Virus record (IMG/VR): IMGVR_UViG_3300037067_012088
Location: 32,001-96,000 of that record
Source of the DNA: a virus
Lineage: Duplodnaviria > Caudoviricetes
DNA: 64,000 nt
Direction: 5' to 3' (one strand)
Part shown: piece after piece, positions 56,472-64,000 of the stretch
Layout: each line of letters starts with the position of its first letter
Position numbering within the stretch: position 1 is the first letter of the stretch
Notes under the pieces: generated by a model
Told to the model about the DNA's origin: nothing
Databases searched by the model: none
What the model saw: only the letters and a program-made list of their open reading frames with translations
Position numbers and translations under genes: made by a program

Positions 56472-58399
56472 TAGAGGGAGATACCGAACTTGGTTGCCTC
56501 GTATTGGATCACGAGATTCTGGGTGGCGGTATTATGGGCTTCGGAGTAAACCACCACCTCTTGGGCGGTGATGTTGGCGGGGTTGGTTGCGTCACCTCTT
56601 GCACCAAGAGTAAACCCACCGGCATTGTTGGTGCTCGCGTTTCCGGTGGCGGCGGCGGCCCGATTGATGCGAACACTTGAAGACGCCCCGTTAAATACGG
56701 CAGAGACAATCCCGTTTGTCCCCGTGGCCAAAGAGACCGGGCCGATTCCGTTTCCGGCGCTTGCGGTAATTTCTGGCGTTAGGGCCGCTTGCCGAAGCGA
56801 CATTCCGAGGAGAGTATTGCCGTCGAGGATACCATCCGCGTTCGTCCACGTCACCTGACTCCCCACAAAGTAAACCGTCTCCGGCTGGCTCAAGGAGAAC
56901 GCCGCCGCCTTCAAGTAGTCATTGGAGCCATCAAAGTAGAGGGAGGTCTTGGTGACGATGTTCGCACCACCGTTGATGGTCCATGTCTCAGCAGCGCCAC
57001 CCGTGAAGGTGGCTCCACTCGTATAGAGGCCGGGGTTATAGTCGGCCACAAGCACCCCATCGTCATAGACTCGGAATCGCTGGATGTTGCCATTGAAGTA
57101 GGAGGCAGCGAGCAACCCAAGCGTCCATGTGCCGCTGGTTAAGGCTCCGGTCCCAACCACGCCGCTGCCATTAGCGGTCCAATTGGTTCCGTCTGAACCG
57201 TAATAGTGATTAATGGCTCCAGTCGCGGTGTTATAGACCATTCGCACCCATGTTCCAGTTGTCGTCAGGCCGGGCGGGGGGATTGTCGCATCCTTCGTTG
57301 ATGTGCGAGTCCAGCGGACATTACCGGAGGAAAGTATTCTGATGGACCCCTCTGCCGCCGTGGTAGATAGCATGTAGGGGTTGCTGGCAAAATTTCGGCA
57401 CAGGGCAAAAAACTGAATATCAATCTCCCCGCTGGTCGCGTTTACTGTGGCAGTAAAGCTAGTTCCAGCGGTGCCATTCAAATACCCATAGTTCGTCCCA
57501 CTCCACGGCAGATAAACAGGCTGGTTAGCCGCCGTCCCCTGATACAAGTCCCGCGCTCCACTGATGCGGGCTCCCGTGGCTCCACTGGTGTTGATCGTGA
57601 CGGTGGCCGCGTTGCTGCTGGATTCGGGGAAGCTGGTGGCGAGCTTGCTAGCGGTGGCGAAGTTGGCGTCGAAGGCCAGCGTTCCGGCGATGCCATTGTA
57701 GATTTGGGCGCGGTAGATTAGGCCGGAGACAACGCTTGCCGTTCCAACAAATGACGAACCGATTTCCAAAACATTTGTTCCGTTAAAAATAGCACCACTG
57801 GTAATCGCTACCTGAGCGCCCAACTGAGTCCATGAAACGCCATCCGTGGAGGTATAGAAATTAACATTTCCAGAGGCGCTTGCGTATGTTGCGCGAATCC
57901 AACTGCGAGAAAAGTCTGTAATCCCTGTCGCTACTGTTGAAATTGCAGTTCTTCCCGCCGTGGTAGAACCGTCGCTAGTATAAATAAACCTAACCGTTCC
58001 ATCAGTCGAAACGAACAGGCTATAGCATCTATTGCTAGTCGTGTCCTTTGACACAAGGGCCTGAACCCCGGCGGGAGTCCAATCGTTGAGGGCTACATCG
58101 CACCGCAAATCAATATCCCCCGTAATGCTCAGCGGCACACTATCCGGCGCACTCGCATAATTCCCCACCACCCCATTCAGCACCAAGCAATTCACTGAGC
58201 TGTTACCGGACTTGTCGGAGACTAGCTTTATTCCTTCGCCGGTGCTGGGGACTGCGCCTGCATTGTTGCGCAAACTACCAATGTCGGAGATATCATACAA
58301 CGCCGCCAAATTAGGCAATTGTTGTGGCCGAATAAAGTTCTGAAGTCCCACAAAGGACCCGCCGCGTCTAGGATACCGCGATAGACCGATCTGGGCCAT
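56471..58399 (-). CDS. Fibre/adhesin with LamG-like beta-sandwich domains
   Basis: 'DKSGN', 'QGTAANQP', 'YFDGSNDYL'; two inserted domains. Confidence 0.7.
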   Translation of the reverse strand: MAQIGLSRYPRRGGSFVGLQNFIRPQQLPNLAALYDISDIGSLRNNAGAVPSTGEGIKLVSDKSGNSSVNCLVLNGVVGNYASAPDSVPLSITGDIDLRCDVALNDWTPAGVQALVSKDTTSNRCYSLFVSTDGTVRFIYTSDGSTTAGRTAISTVATGITDFSRSWIRATYASASGNVNFYTSTDGVSWTQLGAQVAITSGAIFNGTNVLEIGSSFVGTASVVSGLIYRAQIYNGIAGTLAFDANFATASKLATSFPESSSNAATVTINTSGATGARISGARDLYQGTAANQPVYLPWSGTNYGYLNGTAGTSFTATVNATSGEIDIQFFALCRNFASNPYMLSTTAAEGSIRILSSGNVRWTRTSTKDATIPPPGLTTTGTWVRMVYNTATGAINHYYGSDGTNWTANGSGVVGTGALTSGTWTLGLLAASYFNGNIQRFRVYDDGVLVADYNPGLYTSGATFTGGAAETWTINGGANIVTKTSLYFDGSNDYLKAAAFSLSQPETVYFVGSQVTWTNADGILDGNTLLGMSLRQAALTPEITASAGNGIGPVSLATGTNGIVSAVFNGASSSVRINRAAAATGNASTNNAGGFTLGARGDATNPANITAQEVVVYSEAHNTATQNLVIQYEATKFGISL

Positions 58400-58402
58400 G
58401 GT

Positions 58403-58912
58403 TTAACCCTCCCAGCTCAAGAGAACACGAGATGGTGCGGAAGCGGTGCCCGTGCAACCGACATTGATGGCGCTAGAAAGGGTCCTGACCCCGTTATAAC
58501 CGCCGCCCGCCAAGGTCTCGAAAGTGTTGTAGAGGATACCGTTGACAAAGGCGAAACCGGATTCGACGTAGAGGCTCCATGATGCCGATCCTGCGGGAAT
58601 GCCGGTTTGTGAACCCGTTATGGCGGCGTTGTTGAAGGAGTAGGAGCCAGAATTGATGACGCCGGTTACGTTGACCGGAATGGTCTGGCCGGTGATAGAG
58701 ACGTTGTTCTCGACATTGATATCGCCAGAGAAAGAGACGTTGTCGATGGCGACAAGGAGACGGCCCGAGGGGTCTACTGCAATAGGGGTCCATAAGCCGG
58801 TTTGACCGGGAATACCCGTATTGGTGGCGGAATCAGACCAGCCACGAATGAAGGTCTGTGAGTGCTGATCCGGCGGGGAAGTATAGTAGCGATTGCGCGG
58901 TGTGATAGCCAT
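58403..58912 (-). CDS. Virion structural protein (TG/SG-rich)
   Basis: Start moved to MAITPR at 58912, downstream of the late promoter. Confidence 0.65.
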   Translation of the reverse strand: MAITPRNRYYTSPPDQHSQTFIRGWSDSATNTGIPGQTGLWTPIAVDPSGRLLVAIDNVSFSGDINVENNVSITGQTIPVNVTGVINSGSYSFNNAAITGSQTGIPAGSASWSLYVESGFAFVNGILYNTFETLAGGGYNGVRTLSSAINVGCTGTASAPSRVLLSWEG

Positions 58913-58962
58913 AGAATAGATGTAGGTTAAGATTAGGACGAGCAAAGGCTCGACCAAACCAG

Positions 58963-58988
58963 ATACACCGTTTCTATGTGCGATTACC
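58963..58988 (-). promoter_or_regulatory. Late-type promoter GGTAATC-N12-GGTGTAT
   Basis: Motif match. Confidence 0.78.
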
Positions 58989-59043
58989 CGACGAGTCTTA
59001 CCGAATACCCAATTACCTAGTGATCCAAGTGGCTCGATTATTC

Positions 59044-59072
59044 TTGACTTATGTCGATAAGACATTTAAACT
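59044..59072 (+). promoter_or_regulatory. Sigma70-type promoter TTGACT-N17-TAAACT
   Basis: Upstream of ATG 59083; spacer holds the inverted repeat ATGTC-N5-GACAT. Confidence 0.5.
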
Positions 59073-59082
59073 AATTGTCGAT

Positions 59083-59982
59083 ATGTCTGAATTAGATCGA
59101 CTAATAGTAAAACTGTCCCGCGACGGAATGTCCCCAATGGAGATATCCGAGAAGCTATCTGTTAACTATCAAAAAGCATACTATCTAGCGAAAAGATATG
59201 GAGTTTTACTAAAATCAAATCGGAAGATTTATCCGAGGAATAGTCATTACTTTGATATCATTGACTCGGATAGAAAGGCTTATTGGCTCGGTCTGCTTTA
59301 TGCAGACGGCAACATCCATCGACGCGTTAAAAAGATGCGCCTTAAACTCATCGAACCCGACAAATATCTCTTAGAAGCGATGTCCAAAGATATCGAATAT
59401 CAAGGACCTCTTTACTTCTCAAAAGCTTCCGATATAGGTAATCATGATCTTTGGAGTCTAGAAATAGCAGATGTCCATATGGTCGAGTCTCTTTATGAGA
59501 TTGGATTATATCCCAACAAGTCTCTCACTGTGGAGTTCCCTTCATTAAGACATCTTTCTGACGACTTATTTTGGCCGTTTATACGTGGATATTTTGATGG
59601 AGATGGCACAATTTGTATGGATAAAAATGACAGGCACCATTTGGTCGTGCAGATTTGTGTTTCGGAAGCATTTGGCAGAGAGCTAAAAAATAAACTAGAA
59701 GAGAAAACGGGTGTGCATGTTACTCTGTTTGCCACTAAAAAGAGTATTTACAAAGTATCCATTAAAGGTTTTAGACAATGTTTGTTTTTTCTTGATAAGA
59801 TATACGAGTCGGCTACAATCCGAATGGAAAGAAAACATCTCAAGTACATAGATATTCGTGATCGACGTATTAGAGATGGATTTATCATTCCGGATACTAA
59901 GGAACTACCCCCAGTGGTCTCCAATCTGACTCGCGATTCGAAGACGGGGAAATTCGTGGGACCACGCCAACTTTCTGCATGA
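59083..59982 (+). mobile_element. Free-standing LAGLIDADG homing endonuclease with N-terminal HTH
   Basis: 'AYWLGLLYADG', 'FIRGYFDGDG'; AT-rich. Confidence 0.88.
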
Positions 59983-60724
59983 TAAACCTGATGAGGCCGC
60001 TCCTCAAGATGTCACTTGCTTCCTTCAGCTCGAATACGAACACTCCATTTTCTTTGCTCTCCATGTCACTAAAGTAGTCGAGGAAGCGTTTAAAACCCGA
60101 GCGAGAACCAATAGTAAGCTGAAATGTGGAATCGCCAATAATGAATACCTTGCAGTGCGGCCCGATACGGCTGACCGCCAAAAGGAGATCATCGTATGAC
60201 ATGGAGGCGGCCTCGTCAATAATTACCGTCTTACACGTGAACGTTTTACCTTGTAAGAATGACACCGGGATACACTCGATTCGATCATCTTTCTTGAGCC
60301 GGTCGATATCGGGTTTGGTTAGGAACTCCTCCAGCTTGTCATAGAGGACGCTGTTATAGGGCGACATACGTTCCTCTAGGCTACCCGGCAATAGACCCAC
60401 TTTGCCGGACGAAGTGCTCTCAAGAGCATTACGAACATAGACGATGCCGTCGCACTTCTTGTTGTTGAGCATGTGTAGTCCCGCTAGGACAGCGATTGCG
60501 CTTTTACCGGTGCCCCAGAAACCGTCTACCATTACGACTTGAGACTCCTTACTCATCGCGGTCTCAAATATCACGGATTGTCGCTGACTTAACGTATATC
60601 GATTCCTGATATTCAGAGGGATCAGCAATTTACCGTCTTGCTTGACCCACGCGCTTTTATCCTTCGTTTCCGCGCCCACGGCATCCGCCGCAAGTGCCCG
60701 TTTCGCCGACTTGTGTTTAGACAT
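59897..60724 (-). CDS. phoH: PhoH family ATPase
   Basis: 'GFWGTGKS', 'GLLPGSLEER', 'PVSFLQGKTF', 'IIDEA', 'DILRSGL'. Confidence 0.9.
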   Translation of the reverse strand: MSKHKSAKRALAADAVGAETKDKSAWVKQDGKLLIPLNIRNRYTLSQRQSVIFETAMSKESQVVMVDGFWGTGKSAIAVLAGLHMLNNKKCDGIVYVRNALESTSSGKVGLLPGSLEERMSPYNSVLYDKLEEFLTKPDIDRLKKDDRIECIPVSFLQGKTFTCKTVIIDEAASMSYDDLLLAVSRIGPHCKVFIIGDSTFQLTIGSRSGFKRFLDYFSDMESKENGVFVFELKEASDILRSGLIRFIMQKVGVVPRISPSSNRESDWRPLGVVP

Positions 60725-60745
60725 GGTAAAGAAGCTTATCTCATG

Positions 60746-60770
60746 ATACACCGGATGGGGAGGGATGCCA
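60746..60770 (-). promoter_or_regulatory. Possible late-type promoter (GGTGTAT box, degenerate upstream box)
   Basis: GGTGTAT 22 nt before the phoH ATG. Confidence 0.5.
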
Positions 60771-60772
60771 AG

Positions 60773-60801
60773 AAAAAAGCTCACGGTGTGATTCCGTGAG
60801 C
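60773..60801 (-). terminator. Intrinsic terminator
   Basis: GCTCACGG/CCGTGAGC stem plus U6. Confidence 0.8.
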
Positions 60802-60827
60802 CGAGAATGTCGAATTGGTGTAGGAGA

Positions 60828-61775
60828 TTAAGCCTTACCGCTTATCCAGTCCTTGGGCGGGGTCGCGTATTGTCTCTTGAAGGGTTCGGGGAACGCCACC
60901 GCTTTTTCGCGACTGACATTGACGCCCATCGTCTTGAGACTATCGAGACTCGCATAAAACACAACCAGCTCGGCAATGAGATTCCCCGCCTCGAACTCTG
61001 TGTGAGTGACCGCTTCCTTGACTAAGCTGCCCCATGAACTGCCCATGTCGAAGGATTGAGCCTTCAGTTCGACCGTCGAAGAGGTGACCTCGGAAGTGGT
61101 TGCGAACGCCATGGTGGAGGCATTCTGAGCGCACGCGGTGAGATTGCCCGCTGAGAATTGGGTGCTTCCCGCGCCCCCATAAACGTTCCCATCTCCGAGT
61201 GCACCCGTAGTGCCGCACTTCGAATAGCCACCGCACCAGACGTCCCCGAAGTAAGGGAGCTTCGGATACCAGTAATGATCCTCCCAATACCACGGACGAT
61301 AAGGGATATACTCCTTCTCGCGCGGCTTGTTTTTCTCGTCCTCATACATCTTGCGCCAGACCTCGGCCATGTCGGGCTTCTTGGTCTTCTCGGCGTAGGC
61401 GCGAATGGCGATGACTCCGTTGCCCTGACCCTCGCCGGCTTCGGTCGCATACGATTTTTCGCGCTTGACGAAAGTGAAAGCGGCAACCTGACTGTCATCG
61501 AGTCTATAGCCCTTGAATACCTCTTCCGCGTATGGATTCAAGACGTATCCCGTTTCACCGGGATCGTCGGTGGCAGGCTTGCCAGTGAGGATATTGAGCG
61601 AATCGACCGCGATAACGGCCTTCACTCGGTTCCCCGTCTTGTTCTTGACGCGCAGCTGGTAGGTGCGGTTTTCGTGGCTCTCAATGAAGGCCTTGCCCTC
61701 ATGCTTGTAGGCGCGTAACGGACGCCCGTCCGTGCTCTCGACAACGAGAGACACACTATCTGTATCAGTTTTCAT
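60828..61775 (-). CDS. Conserved hypothetical protein (beta-sandwich N-domain)
   Basis: 'YQLRVKN...VIAVDSLNILTG...GYVL...GYR...VAAFTF...GVI'; start moved to 61775. Confidence 0.75.
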   Translation of the reverse strand: MKTDTDSVSLVVESTDGRPLRAYKHEGKAFIESHENRTYQLRVKNKTGNRVKAVIAVDSLNILTGKPATDDPGETGYVLNPYAEEVFKGYRLDDSQVAAFTFVKREKSYATEAGEGQGNGVIAIRAYAEKTKKPDMAEVWRKMYEDEKNKPREKEYIPYRPWYWEDHYWYPKLPYFGDVWCGGYSKCGTTGALGDGNVYGGAGSTQFSAGNLTACAQNASTMAFATTSEVTSSTVELKAQSFDMGSSWGSLVKEAVTHTEFEAGNLIAELVVFYASLDSLKTMGVNVSREKAVAFPEPFKRQYATPPKDWISGKA

Positions 61776-61823
61776 ATGGATTATATCCGCCGGGAGTCGG
61801 GATTGACGCCGGTTGACATATCT

Positions 61824-61851
61824 ATCATACACCTCTTTTGCCCCTTGTCAA
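61824..61851 (-). promoter_or_regulatory. Sigma70-type promoter TTGACA-N16-TATGAT (overlaps a GGTGTAT box)
   Basis: Consensus hexamers. Confidence 0.7.
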
Positions 61852-61910
61852 CCATAAATCTTGCGGGTCGAACAATCGCCGGGCAGGGCGACGCCCAAAC
61901 AAGATTGCAC

Positions 61911-61939
61911 TTGACACCACCCACCCAGTCCGTTAAGAT
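61911..61939 (+). promoter_or_regulatory. Sigma70-type promoter TTGACA-N17-TAAGAT
   Basis: ATG 61947 lies 7 nt after the -10 box. Confidence 0.75.
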
Positions 61940-61946
61940 AGGAGAG

Positions 61947-63266
61947 ATGAATCAGTTCCTCGCCTCGATACCCGCGCTCGCATGGTTGATGCCCGTTATC
62001 ATGTTGTGGGGACAGATCAAGTCCGGCGCCCAGAATCTGATACGCCTGATAATCGTGGAAGTCAAGATGGATGGCTCGGCTTCAAGGGCGATTACCTACT
62101 ATCTCGCAGCCAAGGGTAAACCGCTCCCCTCCAATATCATCCGCTATGACTCGCTGACCGAGTATGTGATGAAGCGCAAGTCAAATCGCACAATCCTCAT
62201 GCAGATCCTCGCGGGTCTCAAGTCGCAATTATTCTGGACGCGTGGTACCTTGGTCTCGCTCTCCGATTTACGCGGCCAAGATAAGGAAACGGGCATGATG
62301 AATGAGATGTCTTGCTCACTCCGGTTCCTGCGCGGGACCCTAGACCACGAAAAGCTCCTGTGCGACGCGGTCGAGTGGTATGACGATACCTATCATCAGT
62401 ATGACAAGGAAGCTTCCCAGCGAAGCAGTCGATTCTTCATACGGCGCTACGTGGGGAAGGGACAATTGAATGGAGTCGAACTGCGCAAAGACTCCAGTGG
62501 CACCGCTCCCTCTGCCAGCACACCTTCGCGCCTCAATGAGTCTGTTGCCCACAATCGTCTCGTCAATTACTCGCGATCCGATATCGGTTACTCCAAGCGC
62601 GACTTCTTCTACACCTTCAACGAGACCACAAACAGGTTTCGCGCGGATGTGTTGCGCTGGTTCAAGTCGAAGGAGTGGTATGAGAGCAAAGGGCTCCTGT
62701 TTCGCCGGGGCTGTCTTCTGTGGGGCCTCGCCGGTTCGGGTAAAACTGCCGCCATTCGCAAGGTAGCTCAAGAGATTGATGTGCCGCTGTTCCTGTTTGA
62801 GTTGAACACAATGGCCGATCATGAGTTCATCGAGTATTGGGACAACGCCATCAGCTACGGTCCCTGCATGATCGTGTTCGAGGATATCGATTGCTCATTC
62901 AACAAGCGCGTCAACATCTCTAAGGCCGGCAAGCTCTCGTTTGAGTGTCTGCTCAACTGCGTCAGCGGAGTGGTTCCCTCCGAAGGCGTCTATCTGTGCA
63001 TCACAACCAACCGCTTGGACTATTTGGATGAGGCACTGGGAGTGCCCAATGAGAGGGGCGTTTCCACGCGTCCCGGACGACTCGATACCTGCTTCGAAAT
63101 CGGCAACATCGATGAGGCTCAAAAGCGGGCTATGGCCGTTCACTTCTTGGCGGAGCACGAAGACATTATCGAAGACCTTATCGAGCGCTCCAACGGTTGC
63201 ACCGCCGCGCAGTTCAGCGACATGTGTTCCCAAAAGGCTCTTGAGCTACACTGGAGGGATAAATGA
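61947..63266 (+). CDS. BCS1-like AAA+ ATPase
   Basis: 'WYESKGLLFRRGCLLWGLAGSGKT', 'VFEDID', 'TTNRLDYLDEAL', 'RPGRLD'; N-terminal hydrophobic anchor. Confidence 0.85.
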   Translation: MNQFLASIPALAWLMPVIMLWGQIKSGAQNLIRLIIVEVKMDGSASRAITYYLAAKGKPLPSNIIRYDSLTEYVMKRKSNRTILMQILAGLKSQLFWTRGTLVSLSDLRGQDKETGMMNEMSCSLRFLRGTLDHEKLLCDAVEWYDDTYHQYDKEASQRSSRFFIRRYVGKGQLNGVELRKDSSGTAPSASTPSRLNESVAHNRLVNYSRSDIGYSKRDFFYTFNETTNRFRADVLRWFKSKEWYESKGLLFRRGCLLWGLAGSGKTAAIRKVAQEIDVPLFLFELNTMADHEFIEYWDNAISYGPCMIVFEDIDCSFNKRVNISKAGKLSFECLLNCVSGVVPSEGVYLCITTNRLDYLDEALGVPNERGVSTRPGRLDTCFEIGNIDEAQKRAMAVHFLAEHEDIIEDLIERSNGCTAAQFSDMCSQKALELHWRDK

Positions 63267-63694
63267 GCGCCGAGGTAGGTCACGTATACGTCTTGTCCAG
63301 CCCCTTGATGTCCGGGGTTTACAAGGTGGGGTGCAGCACCAACGATCCGGTCGAGCGCGCCCGCCAACTCTCCGCCGGATCTGGTATTCCCTATCCCTAT
63401 ACGGTTGTTTATTCTCGGCGCGTCGCGTTTCCCTTTGCCGTCGAAGCCAATCTCCACTCTCAACTTGATTCCTATCGCATTAACGACTCGCGCGAGTTCT
63501 TCAAGGCGCCGCTTCACCAGATAATCACTCTGATTGAACGGCACGACGAAGTGCCTGAAGTGGGCGAGATGAATGAGGGGCCACTTGACCTGTCTTACAG
63601 CGAATTGTTCGCGACGTTCCCCGACGATGGAGAGCCTAGAATGCTAACCGACGAAGAGCGCGCTCAATGCCGCGAACTGGAGAGCCGCCAGTGA
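63263..63694 (+). CDS. T5orf172-domain (GIY-YIG-like) protein
   Basis: 'GHVYVL..MSGVYKVG..PVERARQL..SGIPYP..E..LH..REFF'. Confidence 0.85.
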   Translation: MSAEVGHVYVLSSPLMSGVYKVGCSTNDPVERARQLSAGSGIPYPYTVVYSRRVAFPFAVEANLHSQLDSYRINDSREFFKAPLHQIITLIERHDEVPEVGEMNEGPLDLSYSELFATFPDDGEPRMLTDEERAQCRELESRQ

Positions 63695-63879
63695 GTGAAT
63701 CCGCCAAACGCATGTCCTACGGTGTTGCCGACACGAGTAAGTGCCGTGTATGGGGTATTGGGTGGCTTAGCTTTGGGCGCACTGAGGTTGTCGTCGACGA
63801 GGTGACCTATCGCACATTCTACGTGCGCCTCGGACCCACGTGGGGCAGTCTCCAACTGAGTATCATCCGCTCGGATTAA
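63691..63879 (+). CDS. Hypothetical protein
   Basis: GTGA-coupled ORF. Confidence 0.5.
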   Translation: MSESAKRMSYGVADTSKCRVWGIGWLSFGRTEVVVDEVTYRTFYVRLGPTWGSLQLSIIRSD

Positions 63880-63903
63880 TCGGGAGCGGCCGAGCAACTC
63901 AAC

Positions 63904-63930
63904 AAAAAAGCTCCTTCATGAGAAGGAGCC
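63904..63930 (-). terminator. Intrinsic terminator for a transcript entering from the right
   Basis: GCTCCTTC/GAAGGAGC stem with U6 on the minus strand. Confidence 0.7.
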
Positions 63931-64000
63931 TAGATGCTATGAAGACCCTATCCCAAATTAGCTTGAGCGCGTGTAGGCGGGGATCGAGATCAGCTGGCCA

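Noticed and set aside
63950-64000. Possible tRNA 3' half on the minus strand (TCGATCCCC)
   Set aside because: No GTTC T-arm or CCA, and the sequence is truncated by the window edge

Overview
A 64 kb segment of a large tailed dsDNA phage (Caudoviricetes). A tail tube and 1355-aa tape measure are present and I recognise no sheath, so it is probably siphovirus-like. The host is plausibly a Verrucomicrobiota/PVC bacterium (inferred). Left to right: (i) a ~600-nt ORF-free, heavily base-paired region that looks like a large structured ncRNA; (ii) a + strand early/middle arm (1-14.7 kb) with a sigma factor, a near-complete ADP-L-glycero-D-manno-heptose pathway (hldA-, gmhB-, hldC-, hldD-like plus a cupin), GT4 and split GT9-like glycosyltransferases, SSB/annealase-like genes and a LAGLIDADG endonuclease; (iii) a Cys-rich late cassette; (iv) a long minus-strand morphogenesis region (16-59 kb) with tail tip, tape measure, tail tube, neck, capsid, protease/scaffold, portal, intein-containing TerL, ERCC4 nuclease, a second sigma factor, a spanin-like lipoprotein and fibre/adhesin genes; (v) phoH, a second LAGLIDADG gene, a BCS1-like AAA ATPase and a T5orf172 protein. 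A bipartite motif GGTAAAC-N12-GGTGTAT precedes nearly every late unit. The most notable hypotheses are a phage-encoded heptosylation system acting on [S/T]-G-rich virion proteins, the large ncRNA, and a small Tat-signal protein built from fragments of the phage's own fibre domains. All protein family calls come from reading motifs by eye, not from database searches.
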